A stretch of 64,000 nt of DNA, from positions 1-64,000 of the IMG/VR virus record IMGVR_UViG_3300035521_000139; one strand, 5' to 3'. The position numbers and the translations under genes are program-made. This DNA comes from a virus (Duplodnaviria > Caudoviricetes). Below the pieces are notes generated by a model. That model did no database searches. It saw nothing but the letters and a program-made list of their open reading frames with translations, and was not told the origin of the DNA. Position 1 is the first letter of the stretch; each line of letters opens with the position of its first letter. This document shows positions 19,559-29,127 of the stretch, one piece after another.

Positions 19559-22500
19559 TTAACCCTGTAAAATATTGGGGATAATAGACATTGTTCTGGT
19601 TGGATCTAATACACAAATACCAAGTTGAGTCATCTTGTGTATTACTGCTGAGTCTTCATCAAAGCTCATATATGGGTTGTTCATTGCTCCTGTGAAAGGA
19701 TTTCTAAGGCCCCCGTTATGTTACCACTAAGCTTTTTATCTTAGTTTCTATAACTTTCTTATTGTTATAGTCCAGCATATATTTTCATCTTAATAAGATG
19801 TCGGATACTCTTGGATATATTATATTCTGCAAGCAGGTTCAATATCTATGCGTTACAATGGTAAAACCTTTTAAAGTTTTACTTTATCTCGGTATTCTCT
19901 AAAGACTTCCTTACATCGTTCCCCATAACACAATTTTCTAATAGTACCAAATGGTTTATTTAATAATTGTGATATTTTTTTAGGTTTCATATTATAAATA
20001 AAGAACATGTCATAAATAGTAAAAAGCTCTTTTTTAGTTAATGTGACACCGTGCTTTTTTAACCCTACTAAAAAAGCATGTCTTTGTTGCATTTCATCTG
20101 ATGCCCATTCTAAATTTTCTATTCTATTATCTTCTTTATCACCATTAATATGATTAATAGTCCTATAATGATTAGGATTAGGAAGAAAAGCAATAGCTAT
20201 TAACCTATGTATATATCTATAATAATATTTCCCATTATTATAAAGTCTTACTTGGAAATAACCACTATTTGATTTTCTTCTACCTACTACCATTAAATTA
20301 CCTTTTTTGTTTTTAATATTTCCTTTATTTGAAATACTATATTCAGGAAATTCTTGTATTACTTTAAATATTTCCATAATATATGGTTTATAAAATTAAC
20401 TAATAGAGTTCACCGATTTTACCCGATTTTCACTAATATATCACTATATTAGGCAGCAAGTTCATACTGATAGCCTCTATACTCAGGATTACCCTTAATA
20501 CGACATTTGAAAATATTTGGTTGGTCCATAGAACCAATATCAAATATATCAAATCTATAAGACATTGCTACTCCACCAAGTGGGTGCATAATCTTATTTC
20601 TTCAAATTTGTTATCTATAAAGCTTTTTATCTTTATATTCTTACATTTTATTATCATGTAAGTTCAGCATATATTTTTATCCTCTAAAGGATATTGCTCA
20701 CTCGTGGAGATATTTTATTCTTATTTCTAAGTTTCAATCTCTATGCGTTACACTGACTATAGTTTTTTAGTTCTATAGTTTAGCACGGTATTATCTTTGC
20801 ACTATCAGAGGTGCATTTCTCTTTTTTCTATTACATTTTATTTTTAAAAAGATTTCACCGTTTTTGAGCAATTTTTCAAGATGAATTACTTCATCAAGCC
20901 GCAAGTAATTTTACGGGATCATCGTAATAAGGATCAACCTCTACTTTTAAAACAACTCCATTAGGAGCTTTAAATTCAACAAATTGGAATCCAGCACTAA
21001 GTGCATTTGAATGCAAGTTAGATTGAGTTTTTTCTACTACTTTGGTAGAATTATTATCTAATACAAACTGAGTCCAACCTGATACAGTTTGCAATACAGC
21101 CTTATGGAATAAAGCTGCTCCTCTTTCACCAGTTCTTAAAACAAAGGTTCTCTGACCCCAATCAAGTTTTGAAGCACTTAATTGGTAGAGTGCATCTTCG
21201 ATTAATTTAAGACTAAAGGTATTATAATACATGGTATTAGATACCTCCATTTGCTCATATACTTTATGTTATCATAGTAGCTCTTTATCTACTATTTCTT
21301 CATATTACTATGAAGTTCGGACTATATTTTCATTTAAGTAATACTTAAACGCAAGACTCTCGTGGAGCATTACTATTGTAATGTTGGGAGTTTTCTTCCC
21401 AAATTTTTAGTCTCTTTAAAAGTTCAAAGAGTTTCAATCTCTAGTCTCTACACTGCTTATAAATCTTTAGTTTATAAGTTAGCTCGGTGTTATCCTAGTA
21501 GGACTTTCACCGATTTAGCCTTGTTAATTTTAATTTTTTGATTGCTTTTTAAGCAACTAGCTGACCTATATAAGCTAAGCCAGCACCTGTCTTAATTACA
21601 CCACCAGATACACCAATGTTTTTATACTCACCATTTGCATTTCTGTTGCTTCTACCAAATACCATTGCATTGTTCTTGTACTCGGAGAATTGTTTCTCTA
21701 CTTCAAAATCAACTACGTGCATCCACATATTTTCAACAGTATGAGTATATCTACCCTCTGTCTCTTTAACCAATGGAATACCAATAGCTAATTTTCTATT
21801 AAGAGCTTTACCATCAACTTTGTGTCCAATTCTAATAGTAGACCACTCATTTCTCATAGACACAGGAGCTGAGTATCTTATCTAGATTTTGCATTATAGG
21901 CTCTTTATCCTATAAACTTTAATATTATTAAAGCACCTTGGAGTACATCTTCTTCCTTGCTTAAAGCATTAAGGAAGTGGACACTCTTGGAACAATTATA
22001 CTGTCAAATAATTAATACTTTTTATGCTAATTATTTTATCCTCATGTTCTACTCTCTACACTACTTATTCTAGTTAGGAATAAGTTAGCACGGTATTAGT
22101 TATCCCTTTACCGTTTTTGCCCAATTTATTATGCAGCTATTAACTGCAAGGTGACATATTTTAGACTATCACCAACTCTTCTTGATAATGTGCTCTCTAC
22201 AAAAGCAGATTCTACAGAAAATCTCTCTCCTTCAAGCAATCTCTCAGCGGGAACACCAGCAGTATTATTACCACCTAATTCTACTCTATAGACTGCGTTA
22301 CTACCTTCAATAGTAGGCTCATCAAGAATTCTAAATTGATAAAGCTCATTTAAATTACCAACGATATACTCACCTTTAGCAAACCAATCTTCACCAAATA
22401 CTAAATAGAAAGGAGCTGTATTAGCACCTACATTACCACTATCAGCAGTAACTACAGTACCATTCTCATCTCTAGCTTCCAATAATGGAATGTTTCTTCT

Positions 22501-22734
22501 GGACGAACCGATCACGTCCCAGGTGTATTCGCTGTCATCTTCAAATTCTTTAGTAGGAAACTTATCCAATAAAGAATCAAGTGTTTTACCTTTATAGAAA
22601 GCAAGCAATTGTACCATCAAATTTGATGCTTTCTGTGGTGCTGACTGAAAGATAGCACCCATGTGATTCTCTTTGGTTAAACCTTTCCAATGTTGAAATC
22701 CAATAGTTTGAAATTTACCTAATTTTCCAGACAT
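19559..22734 (-). CDS. Major capsid protein, spliced from 5 exons: 22168-22734, 21578-21881, 20913-21261, 20466-20602, 19559-19713 (1512 nt, 503 aa)
   Basis: Joined exons give an uninterrupted frame with junctions RVGD|IRYSAPVSM, GAGL|YEQME, DDPV|RNKIMHP and GYQ|WGLRNPF, ending DPTRTMSIIPNILQG*. This matches the crAss001-type MCP as I recall it. Confidence 0.92.
19714..20465 (-). mobile_element. Group I intron 4 of MCP (752 nt, IA-like) carrying an HNH homing endonuclease
   Basis: P1 CAGU/GCUG with U.G at the 5' splice site; P AAAUCGGUGAA; Q AAUACCGAGAUAA; R UGUAACGCAUAG; S AAAUAUAUGC; terminal G at 19714. Confidence 0.9.
19871..20377 (-). CDS. Intron-encoded NUMOD4-HNH homing endonuclease
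   Basis: YSISNKG N-terminus, IHRLIAIAF...INHINGDKEDNRIENLEW HNH motif, C-terminal HTH-like segment. Confidence 0.88.
   Translation of the reverse strand: MEIFKVIQEFPEYSISNKGNIKNKKGNLMVVGRRKSNSGYFQVRLYNNGKYYYRYIHRLIAIAFLPNPNHYRTINHINGDKEDNRIENLEWASDEMQQRHAFLVGLKKHGVTLTKKELFTIYDMFFIYNMKPKKISQLLNKPFGTIRKLCYGERCKEVFREYRDKVKL
20603..20912 (-). mobile_element. Group I intron 3 of MCP (310 nt, ORF-less)
   Basis: P1 CCGU/GCGG with U.G; Q AAUACCGUGCUAA; R GUGUAACGCAUAGA; S AAAUAUAUGCUG; terminal G at 20603. Confidence 0.9.
21262..21577 (-). mobile_element. Group I intron 2 of MCP (316 nt, ORF-less)
   Basis: P1 GCUGGCU/GGUCAGC; P AAAUCGGUGAA; R GUGUAGAGACUAGA; S AAAUAUAGUCCG; terminal G at 21262. 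Confidence 0.9.
21882..22167 (-). mobile_element. Group I intron 1 of MCP (286 nt, ORF-less)
   Basis: P1 GGUGAU/GUCACC; P3 UGGGCA/UGUCCA; Q AAUACCGUGCUAA; R GUGUAGAGAGUAGA; S AAGAUGUACUCC; terminal G at 21882. Confidence 0.9.
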
Positions 22735-22771
22735 AATCTATATAAATTAAAATTAATCATCACGATTAATC

Positions 22772-23929
22772 TTAAATATCTAGATTCCACCCTTTATGTA
22801 TTGAAGATTCACTATCTTCACTAACACCTGACATAAATCTGAGATTCCCATCTGAGTCACGTGAAGTGTTATTAAGAGTGTTCTCCAGTTCTCTAAGACC
22901 TTTATTTACTTCTTTTCTTATTTTTCCTTTTAATAAGCCATTAAAGTCTTTAAAACCATTAGTAAGAGTAAACACAAGTCCTAGCTTCTTTAGGAACTCT
23001 GTACTATTCTCTTTTTCATATTTCTGAATGGGAGTAAGTAATCTTCCCGTATCAGGATCTTTATAAGAAGCACTGGCAATATTTTCATAGATTTTTTGTC
23101 TAGTAGCCTTATCTAATTCAATTTCACCAAATACTTTCTTATCTTCAAGAATAGACTTTTTTAGAGCTTCTCCTTGTTCTTTTCTCTTCTGAATAACTAC
23201 TTCTTCTTCTTTCTTAGCATCAGCAATAAGATTATTATATTGCTCATTAAAGTAGTCTTTATTGCCTTTTAAAGCCTCTCTAGCATCTTCAATATCGGTT
23301 CCAGCATTAAGAGATTTTTGTACTTCTCTAGTAGCTCTCTCTTTTGAATAACCTCTATTGATAAAGTCTTGATAAATTAATTGTTTTCTAAGATTTTCTC
23401 CTTTATCACTTTCATCTGAAAGTGATTCTTCTCCAATAGAATCCAAATAAGAAATAGCATCTTCAAATTTCTTGATGTCTGAAGTTTCTATTCCTGCATT
23501 TAAAGCTTCATCTATTCTCTTCTGTCTTTCATCAAGTGATGCTTTGATTTGCTGTTCAATAACATCTCTAAAATCTTCAGGAGCTTTAATCTTATTAACA
23601 TTTTCATCATCAAGGTCTGGGAAGATACCTTCCTCCTTCAAGGCTTTGGCAATGGAAGAGTAGAAGTTTTTTGGAGAAGTACCTTGTCCTTTAGGAGTAG
23701 GTTCTTCCTGTTCCTCATTATCTTTCTCATCACCTACGCTCTCCGATCCTCCAAATAACTCATCTGGATTGACCTCAGTAATGTTTTGTTTTTGTTTGTT
23801 TTTATTATCGTTTTGTGTTGTATCTTCTTCTTGAGAATCATTATCCTCAAGAGGAGTATCATCATCAACAAATAAATTGTCAATATCAGTCTGATTTAAA
23901 ATGTTTTCTAAACTCAATTCATCTTCCAT
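22772..23929 (-). CDS. Acidic coiled-coil protein upstream of MCP, putative scaffolding protein
   Basis: Likely start MEDELS at 23929, since a promoter at 23956-23987 lies inside the longer track ORF. Acidic disordered N-terminus, helical body. Confidence 0.55.
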   Translation of the reverse strand: MEDELSLENILNQTDIDNLFVDDDTPLEDNDSQEEDTTQNDNKNKQKQNITEVNPDELFGGSESVGDEKDNEEQEEPTPKGQGTSPKNFYSSIAKALKEEGIFPDLDDENVNKIKAPEDFRDVIEQQIKASLDERQKRIDEALNAGIETSDIKKFEDAISYLDSIGEESLSDESDKGENLRKQLIYQDFINRGYSKERATREVQKSLNAGTDIEDAREALKGNKDYFNEQYNNLIADAKKEEEVVIQKRKEQGEALKKSILEDKKVFGEIELDKATRQKIYENIASASYKDPDTGRLLTPIQKYEKENSTEFLKKLGLVFTLTNGFKDFNGLLKGKIRKEVNKGLRELENTLNNTSRDSDGNLRFMSGVSEDSESSIHKGWNLDI

Positions 23930-23955
23930 AATTTTACTTCTTTTTAAAATTACTG

Positions 23956-23987
23956 CAAAGATATAAAATATTTTAAATATAAACAAT
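23956..23987 (-). promoter_or_regulatory. Sigma-A-type promoter for the capsid operon
   Basis: ATTG-N20-TATCTTTG. Confidence 0.65.
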
Positions 23988-24078
23988 AAACTAAATAATT
24001 TACTTATACTATATGTAATAAAGTATTTAGTATTTAGGCAAAAAATTAGGGTAAAGTTATTCACCTTACCCTAAATAA

Positions 24079-24528
24079 TTACATAAAAACATGAATTATC
24101 TTATTTTCATGTTTACAATCATCATCCATAAACCAATAATTCATAGCAGATTCAATTATCTTTTGTTCTATATCTTCATCAAACCAGTGTTTATAAAGAT
24201 TTATACAATTATGATATTGAGAATTTATAGCTATATAAACATCATATATAGAAGTCCCTAAAGGAATTGCGTCTCTATATCTTTCAGCAACTTCTTTAGC
24301 TTTACATAAAGTAAATCTTTCTCCTACATATTTTTTGCCACTTTCAATATGATACATATCAGATACTATATTTCTAGCTTTTGTCTCTGATATAGTGTGA
24401 GTATCTTCATGGTCTATTACAGCTGGATAAACTTCAGAAATTACATTTTCTTTCTTTAAAGAATGCACCTCATCTTCTGATAATAATCCTTTCTGTTTTA
24501 GTATTTTTAAAAGCAAAATATCACTCAT
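24079..24528 (-). CDS. Hypothetical protein (accessory module gene 4)
   Basis: 149 aa, YWFMDDD C-terminal motif. Confidence 0.6.
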   Translation of the reverse strand: MSDILLLKILKQKGLLSEDEVHSLKKENVISEVYPAVIDHEDTHTISETKARNIVSDMYHIESGKKYVGERFTLCKAKEVAERYRDAIPLGTSIYDVYIAINSQYHNCINLYKHWFDEDIEQKIIESAMNYWFMDDDCKHENKIIHVFM

Positions 24529-24532
24529 AATA

Positions 24533-24913
24533 CTATTCTTTAGTTATTAATAATTCTTTGAGAACTTCTAAATCTTCATTATTAAATGCTAAAGTCTTAT
24601 TTACTATAGGTACATTTAATTTTATAAGTCCTCCTCCTATTTCAATATCTCCTATAAAATCTGTTTTAAATACAAAAGGTTCTGTTTTCATTACAGATTC
24701 TATCATTTCTGGAAGTATTGATTCTATGTCTATATTACCTTCAGAGTCAGCAATCAAATTAAAAAATTTCTTAGTTTTATTAAAGTTATTATCAATTATC
24801 TTAACTATAATAGGTTTTATAAATCCTATCATAGGATTAGTTTTAGCTATACCATCAAGTTGATTTATAAGAAATTCTTTAATTTTTGAACTAAGTAAAT
24901 TTACAGGTATCAT
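24533..24913 (-). CDS. Hypothetical protein (accessory module gene 3)
   Basis: 126 aa, ADSEGNID motif, overlaps the upstream stop codon. Confidence 0.6.
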   Translation of the reverse strand: MIPVNLLSSKIKEFLINQLDGIAKTNPMIGFIKPIIVKIIDNNFNKTKKFFNLIADSEGNIDIESILPEMIESVMKTEPFVFKTDFIGDIEIGGGLIKLNVPIVNKTLAFNNEDLEVLKELLITKE

Positions 24914-25398
24914 ATTCCATTCTTTATAAATTCTTCATAAGTAGCTCCAGGATTATCTTTACTATACTCCTTGAACTTTTTAAACATCTCCATTTCAATA
25001 TTGGTATCATTAATTATCTTAGTCTTGAGTCTTTTTATTATCTTTAATTGTTTATCTAACAGCTCTTTTCCTTTATCGGTATTTTCAATTCTAGCTTTAA
25101 CAAGATTAAGAATTTCAGATTGTACCATTGCTTGAAGCTCTTTATAAGTTTCAGCATACTCACTATCCATTAATAATTTATTCTTTTGCTCATCACTTAA
25201 AGGAGAGATTTCAGCATTAATATCATCCCAAATTAATTTAGTTTGTTGAAACTGTTGTTTTTGAGCTTGTATTTGATTCAGCTTATTTCTATAATTCTCC
25301 ATTAGCTGTATTTGAGCATCAAGATTATCAATAGAACTCATCATTGGATCTCCTCCACCTAATATAACTTGATTGACTGGATACATAAGACTTAGCAT
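24910..25398 (-). CDS. Coiled-coil hypothetical protein (accessory module gene 2)
   Basis: Gln-rich helical protein with WDDI and TYEEF motifs; the true start may be a few codons downstream. Confidence 0.6.
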   Translation of the reverse strand: MLSLMYPVNQVILGGGDPMMSSIDNLDAQIQLMENYRNKLNQIQAQKQQFQQTKLIWDDINAEISPLSDEQKNKLLMDSEYAETYKELQAMVQSEILNLVKARIENTDKGKELLDKQLKIIKRLKTKIINDTNIEMEMFKKFKEYSKDNPGATYEEFIKNGI

Positions 25399-25437
25399 TT
25401 ATTTTAAATAGGAGAGATTTTACTCCCTCCTATTATA

Positions 25438-26504
25438 TTAGATATTAGGTTGTACAGTAGATCCACAACTACAAGAACATCCACTTTGAAGAGGATTAAA
25501 TAAGTTTCTCAAAGTAGTAGTAGTACCAGTAGTTACATTAGCTACAGCAATAGGATAGAAAGTACTATTAGCATAATTAACTATCTTACCATCATTGCAG
25601 CATCTTCTCTCTGCTTCAAGAGCTATACCATTCTGAGCAGCATTATTAACACAGTTAATCTGCATATCAAGAACTTTAGCTCTCCAAGGTTCTACTGCAT
25701 CAGCTACAGCTTGTTTAGTTTCAAGAGCAGAAATTCTACCTGAGAGTGCATCAAAATTATCTCTTTGATTCTTATAAAGAGCAAATGTACTTTCATTGAA
25801 CTTCTTATTTAGTCCATCAAAACCATTTCTTTGACTCTGATATAAACCAAAATCACCATCTACTTGAGACTTCCAAATACTAAACATTTGGCTATCAATA
25901 GTCTGTCTATCACTAAATCTTTGCTCCTGTTCTGCAAGCTGTCCCTCATAGAAATTAGTAGTAGCTTTTAAATAGTTATCACATCCTTGTTCCCAAGCTT
26001 GAAAAGCAGTAGGAGCATTAGTACCATTAGCAGTACCTAATCCACTAGCCATAATATTAATATTTTCTGGCATAGAAGAACTACCTCCAAATAAACCCCA
26101 GCCATTACTTCTATTACCTAAAGCTAAAAGACCTAAAGCTGTTCCTGCAATTCCTAGCATTATATTCACATAGAGTCGTTAATTCTATGCAGTTCTCTTA
26201 TGAACTTCTATATATTACTATATAGTTTAGACTATATCTTCATCCCTATATTAGGGAGTCCCCCATTTCCACTCACTTGAGTGTATGCCTTAGATTCTTC
26301 TAAGGACTTACTAGTCGTTGAACTTTCCTATAAAAAATAGGCTTAGCTGCTGATTTTCTTAATAAATTAAGAGGTTCCAGCAATTAAAGGGATTTTACTT
26401 GAGCCATAATATTAACCCAATCCAGTACCTGCAACACCTTTTGAAGCATATTCTTTTTTAGTAGCAGACTCGTCTTTTATTACTTCCTTTTCAATAACTT
26501 CCAT
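25438..26504 (-). CDS. Glycine-zipper / coiled-coil / Cys-rich protein, spliced from exons 26415-26504 and 25438-26157 (269 aa)
   Basis: Exon 1 MEVIEKEVIKDESATKKEYASKGVAGTGLG joins in frame to LGIAGTALGLLAL...; has its own promoter upstream. Confidence 0.85.
26158..26414 (-). mobile_element. Group I intron (257 nt, ORF-less, IB-like core)
   Basis: P1 UUGGGU/GCUCAA with U.G; P AAUUGCUGGAA; Q AAUCAGCAG; R GUUCAACGACUAG; S AAGAUAUAGUCU; terminal G at 26158. Confidence 0.9.
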
Positions 26505-26562
26505 AGTAATAAATTTAATTATTAAACATTTTTAAATAACATCTCTTGTAAGCTTACGGGTA

Positions 26563-26594
26563 CAAAGATATTAATAAAACATTTAATTACCTAA
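26563..26594 (-). promoter_or_regulatory. Sigma-A-type promoter for the accessory module
   Basis: TTAG-N20-TATCTTTG (degenerate -33). Confidence 0.55.
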
Positions 26595-26738
26595 TCTTAC
26601 TAAGGGCACAAAAATAAAAGAGCTAAGTACTTTATAATAAGTATCTTAGCTCTTTGTGATTTATCAACTCATTGCTAACTTAATCTATATATAAAAATAC
26701 CCACTTAATAACTTAATATTAAGTGGGTTATATAATAG

Positions 26739-27050
26739 TTAATTAGTATTGTTTGCTAATTTATTTTTCTCAATAAACTTATCAAGATCTTTTTTAAACC
26801 ATCTAAGTTCTTTAAAACCTTGAATATGCTTTCCTTTAGGTATTTTTTCTTCTCTAACATAGTTGTCAAAAGTAGCTCTACTTATATTTAAGTAAATACA
26901 AGCAGTATATTTACTAATACCTTCATCTTTTCTTGAAATTGAATTTATAATATCCAATAACTTAATTTCTTCCTCTTCCGTTAGATTAGAATTACCTGCA
27001 TCAATATCTTTGATAATTCTATTTAGTTCTCTCTTTATTATTTTTAGCAT
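26739..27050 (-). CDS. Small HTH DNA-binding protein (AlpA/excisionase-like)
   Basis: ACIYLNISRATFDNYVREEKIPKG...LRW motif. Confidence 0.7.
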   Translation of the reverse strand: MLKIIKRELNRIIKDIDAGNSNLTEEEEIKLLDIINSISRKDEGISKYTACIYLNISRATFDNYVREEKIPKGKHIQGFKELRWFKKDLDKFIEKNKLANNTN

Positions 27051-27411
27051 ATAAAAATACTATTAAAAATACAAATACTCCTGTTAAAATCATCTGTAAA
27101 CATAAATACCCTAAATCATTTAAAGGGATGCCTACGTAATAATCAATTATATTAATTAACCATGTAATAGATATATAATGTAGAAATAATCTATGATACT
27201 CACAAAATTTAAATACATAAGAAGAAACATATAGAAATAATAAAGTAAGTAAAGAACAACTTCCTATGTAGCTAAATATAACTATATCTATACAAAAATA
27301 AGATAAAATTGAATTTAATAAGCACATAGAAGCCATAATTCCAGGTATTAGTTTTATTAAAATCAATTCTATCTTATATAAGGTTTTATTTAAGTTTTCC
27401 ACCGCAGCCAT
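27019..27411 (-). CDS. Multi-pass membrane protein
   Basis: About 4 hydrophobic segments, FKFCEYHRL motif. Confidence 0.65.
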   Translation of the reverse strand: MAAVENLNKTLYKIELILIKLIPGIMASMCLLNSILSYFCIDIVIFSYIGSCSLLTLLFLYVSSYVFKFCEYHRLFLHYISITWLINIIDYYVGIPLNDLGYLCLQMILTGVFVFLIVFLYAKNNKERTK

Positions 27412-27481
27412 ATCTTCTATGAGTTCTTGTTACTCCTGCTTTTGCTGTCATAGGCTTTGCTCTTCCTGTCTTATTTGCCAT
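27386..27481 (-). CDS. 31-aa basic peptide MANKTGRAKPMTAKAGVTRTHRRYGCGGKLK
   Basis: Below the ORF-track cutoff. ATG in good context right after the endolysin-like gene; non-random Lys/Arg/Gly composition. Confidence 0.6.
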   Translation of the reverse strand: MANKTGRAKPMTAKAGVTRTHRRYGCGGKLK

Positions 27482-27502
27482 AGTAATAAAAAATTTAAAT
27501 TG

Positions 27503-27970
27503 TTAATTAATAGTAATAGTAATGGATTCTCCTCTAGAATGTGCTTCATTTAATTTAAGCATCAATTCTTGAAAATATTGTGTGCTGTTGGTAACTTTAC
27601 CAACTACATTATTTTTTCCTACAAGAATACAGCCCAACGTATCTGACTGAGTATTTCCTACATGAATTAAAATCCCACTAAATCCTTTAACATTTTGAAG
27701 TCTAGGCAGTTTACCGTTATAAGGTTTTGCCCAAGATCTATCTTTAAATTTAGGACTTATAGTATTCATATCAATATTATAAGTTCCTATAGGAATGGCT
27801 GTTTCTCCATATACTTTTAATTTCTTAATTTCTTCTTCTTTCATATTGGAGGTTAAGCCTCTGTCAGTATCTTCAAGAGTGTTAGAAAAGAATACATCGT
27901 TAATATATAATTTACCAATAGTATAATTAGCTTTCTTAGCTATTCTCTCTACTTTTAGTTTCATTATCAA
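27503..27970 (-). CDS. DUF5675-family protein (L,D-transpeptidase-like; putative endolysin)
   Basis: YTIGKL...TLED...TAIPIGTY...GILIHVGN...DTLGCILVG motifs; lysis-module context. Confidence 0.75.
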   Translation of the reverse strand: MIMKLKVERIAKKANYTIGKLYINDVFFSNTLEDTDRGLTSNMKEEEIKKLKVYGETAIPIGTYNIDMNTISPKFKDRSWAKPYNGKLPRLQNVKGFSGILIHVGNTQSDTLGCILVGKNNVVGKVTNSTQYFQELMLKLNEAHSRGESITITIN

Positions 27971-28307
27971 ATAACTTTAAATCCTGTTTTCTTAATTTAC
28001 AAGTAGCATCTACACAAAGAAAGTGCATCAAATCAAATACTTGTTTTCTTAAATCCTTTATTTCCTTTTCAAGATCTTCATTTTGTTTTCTTAATGAAGT
28101 ATTTTCTTCTTTAATTTCCTCAAGCCTTTTCTTATTATCCTCTGCAAGAACTTTATAAAACTGTAAAGCTTCCTGCATATTTTTAATCACTGTCTGATCC
28201 ACTTCAGAATTATATTTTTTCCTAGTAAAAAACCAAGAAGCCCATCCTGAAATAATAGTACTGGCAGCTCCTATTCCTCCTGTTATAATAATACCTAAAT
28301 CAATCAT
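27936..28307 (-). CDS. Membrane-anchored coiled-coil protein (holin/spanin-like)
   Basis: N-terminal TM helix, coiled coil and CxxxxC, adjacent to the DUF5675 gene. Confidence 0.5.
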   Translation of the reverse strand: MIDLGIIITGGIGAASTIISGWASWFFTRKKYNSEVDQTVIKNMQEALQFYKVLAEDNKKRLEEIKEENTSLRKQNEDLEKEIKDLRKQVFDLMHFLCVDATCKLRKQDLKLFDNETKSRENS

Positions 28308-28912
28308 TTTATTATCTCTATAAATTTTTGTTCCTTTACTTCTATATAGGGATTTTCTTCAATAACATTTACTGCCAACACAGTATGCTTTTTTTGAAAT
28401 AGTCTTTGTATCCAATATTTTTTAGGAGGATTCACAGTCTCTCTCTTTTTACTTATTGTTATATATTTCTCACTAGTAAAATTAGGTTCAATAACTATTA
28501 TATTAGGATACCGTAACTTTAATTTCATTTGATACCAGTTATCTTTAATTATAGTGTCCAGATGTATGATATTATTATTAAATATGGTATCCTTAAATAT
28601 AATAGTATCTGTCCTATTTATATTAGATTGTATATATTGGAGGGATTTTAAATTCTTGTCTTTTACATTAAGTTCTTTTCTTAAAACATTCATTGATGCT
28701 AGTATAGAATCTTTTGAATTATTAAGTTGAGCTATTGTAATTTGATAAACTCTCTTCTCTTTTTCGAGACTGTCTAATTCGTGATTAAACGCTTTTTCAT
28801 TTTGAATAGCCACATCAAGAGTCTCTTTTAAGTTTGCACCTCTTTTATATAATAAATAAATACTTGATAATACAAGAAATAAAATCCCTGCAATTATATA
28901 CTTCTTCAACAT
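28304..28912 (-). CDS. Putative spanin-like lysis protein
   Basis: N-terminal TM, coiled coil, DTI repeats; first gene after a promoter in the lysis cassette. Confidence 0.45.
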   Translation of the reverse strand: MLKKYIIAGILFLVLSSIYLLYKRGANLKETLDVAIQNEKAFNHELDSLEKEKRVYQITIAQLNNSKDSILASMNVLRKELNVKDKNLKSLQYIQSNINRTDTIIFKDTIFNNNIIHLDTIIKDNWYQMKLKLRYPNIIVIEPNFTSEKYITISKKRETVNPPKKYWIQRLFQKKHTVLAVNVIEENPYIEVKEQKFIEIIK

Positions 28913-28938
28913 ATTTCTTCTCTTTCTTAAATCCGATG

Positions 28939-28970
28939 CAAAGATAATATAATATTTTCAAATATGCAAG
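28939..28970 (-). promoter_or_regulatory. Sigma-A-type promoter for the lysis cassette
   Basis: CTTG-N20-TATCTTTG. Confidence 0.65.
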
Positions 28971-29045
28971 TATTTTAAGTAAAAAAATTATAGTTTATAA
29001 ATAAATTACTTATACTTCACTTCCTTTTCTGGAGAATCTACAAAA

Positions 29046-29085
29046 GATTATTAGGGGATCTTTTCAATATAATCCCCTAATAATC
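29046..29085 (-). terminator. Intrinsic terminator after the fibre cluster
   Basis: GATTATTAGGGGAT...ATCCCCTAATAATC inverted repeat with U-tract on the minus strand. Confidence 0.7.
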
Positions 29086-29127
29086 AAACAGATAATTATG
29101 ATAAAAATAAATTTAATAACTTATTCA

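Noticed and set aside
20894-22734. Three separate genes or a capsid pseudogene (track ORFs of 201, 104 and 118 aa)
   Set aside because: The gaps contain complete group I intron cores, and splicing restores one frame.
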